This document shows positions 11,691-23,722 of a stretch of DNA of 64,000 nt, one piece after another. The notes below the pieces were generated by a model. That model made no database searches and was not told where the DNA came from. It saw only the letters and a program-made list of their open reading frames with translations. The DNA comes from Mobula hypostoma (lineage: Eukaryota), in NCBI RefSeq assembly GCF_963921235.1, contig NC_086097.1:15748001-15812000 (forward strand). Direction: 5' to 3'. Position numbers and translations under genes: made by a program. Position 1 is the stretch's first letter, and each line of letters opens with the position of its first letter.

Positions 11691-12114
11691 ATAGACAATC
11701 TGAAGGTAACGACAAAGGAATGAGCAGAGAATTCTTCATGGGCGTTGCCCTGGCTACCTTTTGGTAAGAATGAAACCAAGAGAGACCGGCTCTATCTGAC
11801 TGGAGGAAGAAGAGATTCAGGCCAACAGACTTGGAAGGATAGGTTACCACTGACACAGATTGTAATGAACGCCATTCACGATTTTGATAAGCCAGTTCAA
11901 TGCTGTGACAAGGCCAGGTCCTTTGATCTCTCTCTCTCTCTCCCTTCCTTTACAATGACAGAAAATGATCAGGATCCAGAAACTCGTTGTTAATAAGAAA
12001 ATAGCCTAAAAATATGTAAAAGTAGTATTTAATGTGATTTTTAAATTGATAAAACTGTTTATATTATAAAAAATTGACTGAAATATCTTTCTTATACAAT
12101 GGAATTTGTAATAT

Positions 12115-12846
12115 ACTTATTTATTTAGGAATATAACACGGAGTATGTCCTTCCTGTCCTTCAAGCCACACCTCCCCAGCAAACCCTCTCCCTTTTCTTT
12201 TGCCTGTTATACTGCGGGCAGAGGACAGCAATGAAGGTTTTCCGTCTGTGGTGTGTCAGGGCTTTCTTCATCATGCCAGTAGCTTCCTCTCAATATTCGC
12301 CACTGTCAGGCATTCAAGTCATGGGTGGAGACTCAGGAATACCATTGGACTCAGACATAGAAGGATTTTTCATTGCTGTTTCCATAACAATTTTGTTTTA
12401 CCGGTCAGGGTTGTTAGCCCTGAGCTGAACCCCCAAACCTGGAGGACCAGTGACCACTCTCAGTCTGACCTCTACCCTTTGACCTGTTTGGCATGAGTGA
12501 CCCTACCAAGAGCCAAAGCATAAACTCCTGACTTTATGGTGGGCTCCAGCCAACGTAGCTCTCCAGGTCATTGAGGTATGTAAGGCTCCAAGCTTGTAGT
12601 CCTCTTGCAGGCCCACACAACCCCACAGCCCTGATTAACGCTAACCTAATCACAACACCCATTTAACCTGCCCGGTACATCTTCGGACTGTGGGAGGAAA
12701 CCGGAGCACCCAGTGGAAACACAGGTATTCCACAGCAAGGATGTACAGACATTCCTGACAGAACGGCGCCGGAATTGAACTTCGAGTTCCGGAAGGCCCC
12801 AACTTGTATTGGTATTGCACTAACTGTTATGCTACTGTGGCACCCA
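12115..12846 (-). mobile_element. V-SINE split by an RTE-derived element (12200-12610, minus)
   Basis: V-domain reverse complement cttcggactgtgggaggaaaccggagcaccc at ~12681. The insert is homologous to 17461-17890 and 38190-38580. Confidence 0.7.
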
Positions 12847-13134
12847 ATGGTATAACCATTTAAAATACATGGACAGGGACATTGTTGAAACTCAGTCAGA
12901 AACGCAATTTCCATAAATCCCCTTTCTTATCCAGAGACTTCATTGAAGCAGGAATCCTTATCAGTCAAACAATGTTTAAGGATCTTTTTGTTATTCAAGT
13001 GTGTTTACAAATAGAAAAGACAAACTGAGCCCATCAGCACACAGAAAAAAATGATAATGAATCTTCTCAATGAGATTTTTAAAATGAAAAACAATCATAT
13101 ACAGTTGAACAGACATTTTTTACCTATAGGAAGA

Positions 13135-13445
13135 AGTCAAAGTTGAGTTTATTGTCATTTGCACAAGTGCAGGTATGCACAGGTACAATAAAAATCTTAC
13201 TTGTGGCAGCATCACAACCACATAACACCAGAGCATTCGAAACAGAAACATAAATAAAATATACGTCATTTTTTACAAGAAAAACACAATTAGAACAAAA
13301 AAAGCTTTCATTTTGGAGCAAAGTGGTCATAAATTTGCTAAACTGTGGAGATTGCATTATTTCGGTCAGGAATGGAATGGTTGAGGAGAGTAGCTGTTCC
13401 TGAGTTTCTGCTGTGAGACTTCAAACTTCTGTACCTCCTGCCCAA
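13135..13445 (-). mobile_element. Rex1/Babar-type 3' tail
   Basis: agtcaaagttgagtttattgtcatttgcacaag...ttgtggcagcatcaca tail. Confidence 0.55.
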
Positions 13446-13799
13446 TGGAAATGATATATATCCAAATATTGTATATCGACATGAAACTTTGGGAAGGCTA
13501 TTTGTTTCCTCATCTGGATGGTACCTAGTCCTCCCACTTGAGAAGAATGGAACTCGTCCAGAGTAATGTTATGCATATCATAGTCCTGATGCAGGATGGC
13601 AACCAGAGATGTTGTCCTCCCCTCAGCTTCACTGATGCTGAATTTCTCCTGCATTTTGTCCTTTGCTCCATCTTCCAGCATCTGCTGTCTCTTACTTTCT
13701 CCACGGGTGCACGTTTCTGGTGAACCAATGGGGAAATCAATCTCCCCAGTTGCCAGTGGGGGAGTTTTGTTCTCCCTATCACACGACTCTCCCAAAATG

Positions 13800-14720
13800 C
13801 CGTTCTGTAAAAGTCTGGTTAGATCACATCCTGAGTACTGTTGCAGTTCTGATCGTCTCGTTATCAGAGAGATGCGCAAACTTTAAAGAGGGTGCAGACG
13901 GGATTTACCAAGATGCTGCCTGGATTAGAGAGCATGGCCTAATGGGGAAAGGTTGAGCGAGGTAGGACTTCCCTCTTTAGAGCAAAGGAGGACGAGAGAT
14001 AACTTGGTAGAGATGTATACGACGACAAGAGGCATAGATCGAGTGGGCAGACAGAGACTTTTTCCCAGGGTTATCTGTTAGAGGAGAAAAGTTTAAAGGA
14101 GATGGCACAGGTGTGGTAAGTGCTGAGAATGTACTGCTGGAAGTGGTTATCAACATCATTATGTGTCGTGTTGTATGACATCATTATAATGTGCCATGTT
14201 GTACGACGTAGGCAGTCATGGTCTGTCCATGACTATGACTGTTCTTGGTAATTTTTTCTACGGAAGTAGTTTGCCACTGCCTTCTTCTGGGCAGTGTCTT
14301 TACAAGATAGGTAACCCCAGCCATTATCAATGCTCTTCAGAGATTGTCTGTCGTCATCCATGGTCGCATAATCAGGTCTTGTTATATGCACCAGGTGCTC
14401 ATACGACCATCTACCACCTGCTCCGAAGGCTTCATGTGACCCCGATCCAGGGGCTAAGCAGGTGCTACACCTTGCCCAAGGGTGACCTGCAGACTAGCAG
14501 AGGGAAGGAGCACCTTACACTTCATTTGGTAGAGACATATCACCATCCTACCACCCGGCTGAAATATTAAGAGACTCTTAGATCGGTGCACGGATAAAAG
14601 AAAAATAGATGGGTTATGAGCTGTGTAGGAGAGAAGAGTTAGATTGAGGAGTTGATTTAAATGTCAGAAAAAGCATTGTGATGAAAGGGCCCATACTATG
14701 CTGTACTGTTCTACGTTCTA
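13800..14720 (+). mobile_element. CR1 3' fragment interrupted by an RTE-type SINE-like element (14149-14556, minus)
   Basis: KSLVRSHPEYC motif; the CR1 resumes after 14557. The insert contains gaagtagtttgccactgccttcttc, an RTE/BovB-type 3' motif. Confidence 0.7.
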
Positions 14721-15254
14721 TAACACCAGCAGTTACGCAACATTCAAAATTCACTTATAATGAGATTTTCAACCTCGGTGGTCTGATAAATGCTGATTTA
14801 CATTTACTGGTAGATATTGTAAAGGCACTGTTCAGTATTAGCATCTCAAGTAAAAGCAGAATTCGCATGCCCTAAATCACTGTATTTTTGTGCTGTCATC
14901 CAGCCAGAAGAGGGAGTCAGTAACAACAGGCTCCCAGTTGCTACAGGACAGCCAGGTTTTATATTGCTATTTTTCCTAAAACCGTAATTTTTAAAAGACC
15001 AACATTCATGGTACATGCTTTATCTTCTTGATGATCTCTCATGTAAGTGGGATCACTCCAAGATATTATGGAGGTCACGCACATTCCACGCCCAGAGACA
15101 GGAGGCTTCACCTACCTGTCGGTCCAAAGAAGTAGTACTTCCTTGAACTGCACGCATTTCATCAGTTAACCAACTAATTGTTCTTCACTAATCTGTACAA
15201 GTTCCTCTGACAAACGTCCCATCTCAGTAGCACTCTCCTATTGCCCGCCTATCA

Positions 15255-16562
15255 TTATCAGAATCAGGTTTACTATCACTGAACTGTCGCCAAAAGTACT
15301 TTGCAGCAGCAGTGCAGTGCAATGCATAATATATACTATAAATTATAATAAGAAATATATTTTAAAAATTTAAATAAGTAGTGCAAAAATAGAGCAAAGA
15401 AATTGTGAGGTAGCGTTGATGTCTGCTCAGAAATCTGATGACGAAGGGGAAGAAGCTATTCCTAAAACATTGAGTGTATGTCTTTGGACTCCTTCCATTC
15501 CTTGCATTTGGAGGAGTGTTATATATAGTCTGCTGTGTCACGTGAGGAGCTGACTCCAAAGATTGTGCTTGTCGGGGTACACGCTGAGAACTTGTATCGA
15601 TAGAAATAATGAGATTAAAAACTAACTAAAAATATCACTTTCACAAGGAAAAGTAACGATATTCTTCTGTCAAGTAAAGTCAAAGTAAATTTTATTATCA
15701 AAATACATATATGTCACCGTGTACATGAGAGATTCATTTTTCTGTGGGCATACTTGGTAAATCTATGGAATAGTAACTGTAACAGGATCAACCAGAGTGC
15801 AGAAGACAACAAATTGTGCAAATGCAAATATAAGCAAATGGCAATAAATAATGAGAACATGAGTTAATGAGATAAAGACTCCTTAAAATAAGATAATTGA
15901 TTATGGGAACATCTCAATGATGGGGCTAGTGAGTGTGGTTATCCCCTTTTATTCAAGAGACTGATGGTTGAGGAGTAGTAACTGTTCTTGAGCCTGGAGG
16001 TAAAAATCCTGAGGTTTCTGTATCGTCTACATGATGGCAACAGCTAGAAGAGGGCATGACCTGGGTGGTGGGGATCTGTGATGATGGATGCTGCTTTTCT
16101 ATGATAGCATTTCATGTAGATGTGCTCAATAGTTGGGAGGGCTTAACCAGCCAAATCCACCACCTTTATGTAGGATATTTTGCTCAAAGGCATTGGTGTT
16201 TCCATACCAGGATATGATACAGCCAGTCAATACACACTCCACGACACATCTGCAGAAGTTTGTCAAAGTTTTAGATGTCATGCCGAATCTCTGCAGACTC
16301 CTGAGGAAGTAGAGGCATTGTCATGCTTTCTTCTCAATTGTATTTACGTGCTGGGTCTTGACAGGTCCTCTGAAATAGAGACACCCAGGAACTTAAAGTT
16401 GCTGACCTTCTCCACTTCTGATCCTCCAGTGAGGACTGGCTCATAGACCACTGGTTTCCTTCTTCTGATGTCCACAATCAGTTCTTTGGTCTTGCTGATG
16501 TTGAGTGACAGGTAATTGTTATGACACCTCTCAGCCAAATTTTCAATCTCCCCCCCTGTGTG
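15255..16562 (-). mobile_element. Rex1/Babar LINE 3' fragments (15255-15500 and 15670-16562)
   Basis: ORF 16344-16658 EIENLAERCHNNYLSLNISKTKELIVD...VEKVSNFKFLGVSISEDLS; ORF 15362-15559 FRNSFFPFVIRFL. Confidence 0.85.
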
Positions 16563-16669
16563 CAGTTCCACAACTGAAGGTCTTTCTCTCAAGGTTATTT
16601 TCACAAACAACATTAGGGTGATCCACAAGGCTTCTTTAACACCAGAATAACCCAACACACAAGTGGAAA

Positions 16670-16880
16670 TCCAAATAAAAGTGCAGATGCTGGAAATCTA
16701 AAATAGAAATAGAAAATGCTGCAAATACACAACAGATCAAGCCACAGCTGCAGGAAGAGAAGCAGAATTGATGGTCCTGGTAGAAATTTCTTTTACGGGA
16801 ATCAAATGTTAATTCTGTTTCTCTTCCCACAGATGCAGTCTAACCTGCTGAGTATTTCCAGTATTTTCTGTTTTTATTTT
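16670..16880. mobile_element. Penelope-derived short hairpin element
   Basis: aaaatagaaatagaaaatgctgcaaatacacaacag is inverted against ctgctgagtatttccagtattttctgtttttatttt; contains tgcagatgctggaaat. Confidence 0.6.
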
Positions 16881-17170
16881 AACACAAGAGCAATTTCTGG
16901 TCTCTGGTATTTTACCTTCTGAGATTTTGCCTTTTCTTTCCTCATTCTTGCAAATTATTTCCTTGATGTTTATAAGAATTTCAGTAGAACGTTTACAATA
17001 GCCCTCAGGTATATCAAACTTTACTACGTACACCAGTTTTTGTCCTTTCTTTGAAAGAGAAACCATCTAATTATTTATGTGGCAGGAAATACTCTGTATA
17101 ACACATTCAGGGAGACTTAATAAAAAACTGAGAAGAACTCACTTGAAAGAACCGCATTGAAAATCAATCA

Positions 17171-17330
17171 CAAACAAGAGAAAATCTGCTGATGCTGGAA
17201 ATCCAAGCAACACTCACAAAATACTGGAGGAACTCAGCAGGCCAGGCAGCATCTATGGGAAGGAGTAAACAGTCGACATTTTGGGCACAGATGCTGCTGA
17301 GTTCCTCCAGCATTTTGTGTGTGTTGCTTA
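17171..17330. mobile_element. Penelope-derived short hairpin element with 11-bp TSD
   Basis: Perfect TSD aaaatcaatca (17160-17170 and 17331-17341). Arms aagcaacactcacaaaatactggaggaactcagcag and ctgctgagttcctccagcattttgtgtgtgttgctt. Confidence 0.8.
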
Positions 17331-17460
17331 AAAATCAATCATTTGACTGACATAATCCATTCCAGGAAGTAATGCACAGCAAGTTACAGGATACATTTGA
17401 AAAGGAACCTAAAATCCACACGGGCGTCTTTATTTATGCAGTGTGTTCACTTTCCTCCAA

Positions 17461-17890
17461 AACGACCACAACCTTGTCGTGGTTTGGAGTGCATCAACGA
17501 ACCAGAGAGCTGTGCCGGCTGGAGTCAAGGCCCTGTGCTTTGGCTCTTGTTAGGGTTACCCATGCCAAACAGGTCAAAAGGTAGAGCCCAGACCAAAAGT
17601 GGCCCACGGTCCTCCGGGTTTGGGGGTTCAGCTCAGGGCTATCAATACTAACTGGTCAAACAAGACTGTTGTAGAAACAGCAATGAAAAATCCTACATCT
17701 GTCTGCAGTGGTATTCCTGAATCTCCACCCAGGACTTGCATGGCTAACAGCAGTGAAAACTGAGAGGAAGCTACTGGCAAAATGAAGGAAACCCTGAACA
17801 CCACCAAGACCTAGTCTGGCCAAGAACAGACAGAGGTGGAGGACCTTCATTCTGCCCTAAACGCCAGCGGCATAATGGGCAGTAAGTACT
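17461..17890 (+). mobile_element. Bipartite RTE-derived non-autonomous element
   Basis: RTE-type 5' motif accacaaccttgtcgtgg; 3' LAKNRQRWRTFI-like end and agtaagt tail. Confidence 0.65.
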
Positions 17891-18483
17891 GGCATGTAAT
17901 TTGAATGGCCTTTTTTTGCCTTATGCTCTCTGATAGTAGAGGTCACTTGTGGATACTTTAATTAATCTGTCTGTTAAGGCCCTCACCAATGCAATCCTCT
18001 TCAACCAAAGGACATGCTAAAACCCAGAGGATATGCTAAAATATAGCACTTACATTTTAGCATATGGTATTTAAATATATAATTTGTTTACATTCAAGGA
18101 AGATAAAAATTAATATTTATTTATATAAAAACATTGCATCCTCCTATCACTAGTTGCTTTATAATATTCCCCATTAGAGAGGAAGGTGCAAAGTACTATC
18201 TGAATTTTCCCTGACCAATGTCTACTTGTGCTGTTGCAGGATCCTAATAGATGAAGAGTACTTGGCATGACATGGGTAAAATTTATTTTATTAATTCTCC
18301 CTGGAGTCTTTTGGTCCGACAGGGCAAAATGTTGAGAGGATGTTGGAAGTTTTGTCTGTGCAAGTTGACACTATTATGGACAGTTTATCTTGAGCCTTTA
18401 AGGTGTTCTGTTCATAAACTATTAACCAAATTGCTCCGTTTCATGAAAGTTGTTGCTTTGCAACAGCAGTACAGAGCGAGACA

Positions 18484-21400
18484 TAATCTTTATGCGCCGT
18501 GTTGTATGACATGGCAATTATGGTCTTCCATCTTTCCCTAATCTGAGAAGAAGCAAAGGATTGTTGCCCATGGGGAAGACCTCCCCACCACAACACCCAC
18601 ACCCTCACCCTCACTCTCCTCCCCATCCATGACCATGATTGTTCTTGGCAAATGTCTCTACAAAAGTGGTTTGCCATTGCCTTCTTCTGTGCAGTGTCTT
18701 TACAAGTCGGGTGACCCCAGCCATTATCGACACGCTTCAGAGATTGTCTGCCTGGTGTCAGTGGTTGCATAACCAGGACGTCTGATATAAGAACATAAGA
18801 TATAGGAGCAGAATTAGGCCAATCAGCCCATCGAGTATGCTCGGCAATTCCATCATGGCTAATCCCAGATCCGACTCAACTCCATATACCTGCCTTCTCA
18901 CCATATCCTTTGATGTCGTGACTGATCAGAAAACTATCAAATTCCACCTTAAATATAACCATGGACTTGGCCTCCACTGCATTCTGTGGCAGAGCATGCC
19001 ACAAATTCACCACTCTCTGGCTGAAAATATTCCCTTTTACCTCTGTTCTAAAAGGTCACCCCTCAATTTTGAGGCTGTACCCTCTGGTTCTAACCATAGG
19101 AAACATCCTCTATCTAGCCCTTTCAACAATCAGTAGGTTTCAATGAGATCCCCACGCATTCTTCTAAATTGCAGTGAGTACAGGCACAAAGCTGCCAAAT
19201 GTTCCTCATATGTTAACTCCTTCATTCCCAGAATCATCCTCGTGAATCTGCTCTTGACTCTCTCCAATGACAACAAATCATTTCTGAGATATGGGGCCCA
19301 AAACTGTCGACAATACTTCAAGTGCGGCCTGACTAGTGTCTTATAAAGCCTCAGCATTACTCCTTGCTTTTATTCTATTCATTTTGAAATAAATGCCAAC
19401 ATTGCATTTGCCTTTTTTTTTCCACAGACTCAAACTGTAAATTAACCTTCTGGGAGTTTTGCATAAGTCCCTTTGCACCTCTGTTGTTTGAATTTTCTTC
19501 CCATTTAGATTAATAGTCTGCACTATTGTTTCTTTCACCAAAATACATTATCATACATTTCCCAACACTGTATTCCATCTGTCACTTTTTTGCCCATTCG
19601 TCCAATCTAAGTCCTGCTGCAATCGCATTGCTTCCTCAGCACTACCTACACCTCCACCTATCTTTGTATCACCTGCAAACTTTGCCACAAATCCATCAAT
19701 TCCATTATCCAAATCATTGACAAACAATGTGAAAAGTAACGTCCCAATACTGACACCTGAGGAACATCACTAGTCATTGAAAGCCAACCAGAAAAGCCTC
19801 TCCTTATTCCCACTCAATGCCTCGTGCCTGTCAGCTATTCCTCTCTCCATGCCAGTATCTTTCCTGTAATACTATAGGGTTTTACCTTGTTAAGCAGCCT
19901 CATGTGTGGAACCTTATCAAATACCTTCTGGAAATTCAAGTAAATGACATCCATTGCCGCTCCTTTGCCCACCCTGCTTGTTACTTCCTCGAAGAAGTCT
20001 AACAGATTTGTCAGGTAAGATTTCCATTCACAGAAACCATGCTGACTTTGACTTACTTTATCATTAGTCTCCAAGTACTCCAAAACCTCATCCTTAATAA
20101 TAGACTCCAACACTTTCCCAAGCACTGAGGTTAGGCTAACTGGCCTATAATTTCCTTTCTTTTATCTTCCTCCCTTCTTAAAGAGTGGAGTGATATTTGC
20201 AATCTTCCAGTCCTCCGTGACCATGCCAGAATCAAGTGATTCTGGAAATATCATGACCAATGCATCCGTTATCTCTTCAGCAACTGCTCTCAGGACTCTG
20301 GGATTTAGTCCATCTGCTCCAGGTGACTTATCCACCTTAAGACCTTGAAGGTTGCCTCGCACTTTTTCCTTTGTAAAAGCAATGGCACTCATTCCTATTC
20401 CCTGACACTCATGGACCTCTGACAAACTGCTAGTGTCTTGTGCAGTGAAGCCAGATGCAATGTACCCATTAAGTTCATCTGCCATTTCTTTGTCCTCCAT
20501 TACTACCACACCAGCATCATTTTCCAGTGGTCCAATATCAATTCTCACCTCCCTTTCACTCTTTATACAACTGAAAAAACTTTTAGTATCCTGGTTTATA
20601 TTATTGACTAGTTTGCCCTCATATTTTATCTTTTCCCTTTTTATAGCTTTTTTAATTGAACTTTGTAGGTTTTTGAAAGCTTTCCAACCATCCAACTTCC
20701 CACTCACTTTTGCTACCTTATATGTCCTTTCCTTGGTTTTTATGCAGTCCTTAACTTCCCTTGTCAGCCACGGTTGCCTAGACCTGCCATTTGAAAACTT
20801 TTTCTTCCGTGGGACATACTTAACCTGCAACTTGTGAACTATTCCCAGAAACTTCACCCATCTCTGTTCTGCCATCATCCCTGCCAGTAACCTCCTCCAA
20901 TCCATCTGGGAAAGCTCCTCTCTCATGCCTCTGTAATTCCCTTTATTCCATTGCAATACTGATACATGTGACTTATGTTTCTCCCTTTCGAATTGCCGTA
21001 TAAATTCAATCATATTATGATCACTGCCTCCTAAGGGTTCCTTTAAGCTGACCAATAAGATCTGGGTTATTACACAACACCCAATCTAAGATAGCCTTTC
21101 CCCTAGCAGGCTCAAATACAAGCTGCTATAAAAAGCCATCTCATAGGCATTCAACAAGTTCCCTCTCTTGTGATCTGATGCCAACCTGATTTTCCCAATC
21201 CCTTTGCATATTGAAGTTCCCCATTACAATTGTGTCATTACCCTTATTACATGCCTTTTCCAGCTCCCATTGCAATCTCAACCCCACTTCTTGGCTACTA
21301 TTTGGAGGCCTATAATTTTTTTTACCCTTGCAGTTTCTTAACTCCACTCACAAAGATTCAACATTCTCTGACCCTGTGTCACTTTTTTCTAAAAATGTAA

Positions 21401-22720
21401 TTCCATCTCTTACCAACAGAGCCACACCACTGTCTGTGCCTTCCTGCCTGTCCTTTCGATACAAAGCATATCCTTTGATGTTAAGCTCTGAACTATGGCC
21501 TTCTAACAGCCACGACTCAGTGATGCCCACAACGTCATACTGACCAATCTGTAATTATACCACAAGTTGGTCCACCTTTTTCCAAATGCTACGTGCATTT
21601 AAAAACAGCACCTTCAGTCCTGCATTCTTCGCCCTTATGAATTTTGCCTCTGTGGTACAATTATACTCTATGCTCTGTCTGCCCTTCCTTGCATTCATGT
21701 TACACCCACCATCTACTTGTAAACCTGCTGGCTTATCCTCATACTGGTTCCCATCCCCTTGCCATATTAGTTGAAACCACTCCCAGCAAGAATATTGGAC
21801 CCCTCCGATTCAAGTGCAACCCGTCCTTTTTGTACAGGTCACACTTGCCCCAGAAGAGGTCCCAATTATCCAGAAATCTGAATCCCTGCCCCCTGCTCCA
21901 ATTCTTCAGCTACGCATTTATCTCCCTCCTCATTCTATTCCTATCCTCACTGTCTTGTGGCACAGGCAGCAATCCCAAGATTGCTACCCTTGAGGTCCTG
22001 CTTCTCAGCTTCTAATTCTTCTAACTCCCTATATCCTTTCTCAGAGCCTCCTCCCTTTTCCTACCGATGTTGTTGGTACCAATATGACCTCCATTGTTAC
22101 CATGACCTCAGCTGCTCACCCTCTCTTTTCAGGATATTGTGAACGCGTTCAGAAGCATTGTGGACCCTGGCACCTGAGAGGCATACTACCATCCGTGTTT
22201 CCTTTACACATCCTCCTTACTATAGAGTCCTCTATTACTGCTGCCATTCTCTTCAGCTCCTTATCCTTCTGAGCCACAGGGTCAGACTCAGTGCCAGAGG
22301 CATGGCAGCTGTTGCTTCCCCCAGGTAGGTCGCACCCCCACCAACAGTACTCGAAATGAAGAGCTTACTATTGAACGGGACAGCCACAGGGGTGCTCTCC
22401 ACTATCTGATGTTCTCCCTTCCCTCTCCCGACAGTCACCCATTTAGCTGTCTCCTGTAGCCTTGGAGGGACCGGCTTCCTGTAGCTCCTGTCCATCACCT
22501 CTTCACTTTCCCTAACAAGCCAAAGGCTGCTCATACGAACATCCACTACCTGCTCCCATATGCACCAGTTTCTCATACGACCATCCACCACCTGTTCCCG
22601 TGACCCTGGCTGGGGGATAAGCAGGTGCTACACCTTGCCCAAGGGTGACCTGTAGGCTAGCGGAGGGAAGGAGTGCCTTACGCCTCCTTTGGTAGAGATG
22701 TATCTCCACCCCTCCATCCT
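18484..22720 (-). mobile_element. RTE-type SINE-like element (18484-18789 and 22558-22720) split by a CR1
   Basis: The two halves join into the same sequence as 14149-14556 (...ccaggacgtctgatat | atatgcaccag...). Confidence 0.75.
18790..22557 (-). mobile_element. CR1 LINE, ~3.8 kb, decayed ORF1 (esterase-type) and ORF2 (APE-RT)
   Basis: GITESWL...GYALYRKDR (APE), LGGSDHNMIEF, KSPGADG, SQHGF...FQKVFDKVPH (RT), LYKTLVRPHL. ORF1 FLDNWDLFWGKCDLYKKDGLHLN at ~21800-21890. Confidence 0.95.
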
Positions 22721-23089
22721 AAAATTTACTTTAAGTTGCAAAAGCAAACAAATAAGTGCAAAAGAGGAATAGTGAGTTCATGGACCATTCGGAAATCTGA
22801 CGGTGGAGGGAAAGGAACTGCTCTTAAAATGTTGGGTGTGGGTCTTTGGCTCCAGTAAATCCTACCTGATGTTAGTAACATTGAAATCACCATATACGTC
22901 CTGTTACCTGTCCATTGGAGATGATCCCTCCACCCTCCTTCCAATTTAAAGATACTTTCTTGTTTCCCCACGTCCGATGAGGAGGTTTAATTTCAAATGT
23001 TAATTCTGCTTCTCTCTCCACAGAGTCTACCTGACCTGCTGGGTGTTTTCATGTCAGTTTTTCCAATATTTTCTAATTTGCAAAGGGGA

Positions 23090-23722
23090 GGTTGAATAGA
23101 TTTGGAGTTTATTCCCAGGAGTATTGGAGAATAAGGGCAGATTTGATAGAGTAATCCAAAATTATGAGGGGTGTAGATAGGGTAAATGCAATCAGGCATT
23201 TTCAACTGAGTTTGGGTCAGACTAGAACTAGAGGTCATAGTGTAAGGTTGAAAGGTGAAATATTCAGAAACATAGAAACATAGAAAATAGGTGCAGGAGT
23301 AGGCCATTCAGCCCTTCAAGCCTGCACCGCCATTCAGTATGATCATGGCTGATCATCCAACTCAGAACCCTGTACCTGCCTTCTCTCCATACCCCCTGAT
23401 CCCTTTAGCCACAAGGGCCATATCTAACTCCTTCTTAACTATAGCCAATGAACTGGCCTCAACTGTTTCCTGTGGCAGAGGAAATTTAAGGGGAAAATGA
23501 GGAGGAAGTTCTTCACTCAGTGGATGGTGTGAGTGTGGAACGATGTGCCAGTGGAAGTGGTAGATGTCTGTTCAATTGCAATACTTAGGAGTGGTTTGAA
23601 TAAGGACTTGGATGGGAAGGATATGAAGGGCTATGGTCCAGGTACAGATTAATGGAGTTAGGCAGAATATTGGTTCAACATAGACTAGATGTGCTAAAGG
23701 GCCTAATTCTCTATACCTCTAT
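23090..23722 (+). mobile_element. CR1 3' fragment with a nested young CR1 tail (23266-23480, minus)
   Basis: The nested part is nearly identical to 32113-32325. Confidence 0.8.

Noticed and set aside
17080..18200. Promoter suggested by ETS-like (caggaa) and HNF4-like (caaagta) motifs
   Set aside because: Short motifs expected by chance; no CpG island or transcript evidence.
20162..21055. Long ORFs of 297, 267 and 273 aa (also 26089-26892 and 56028-56849) as host genes
   Set aside because: All are CR1 ORF2 fragments flanked by frameshifts and stops.
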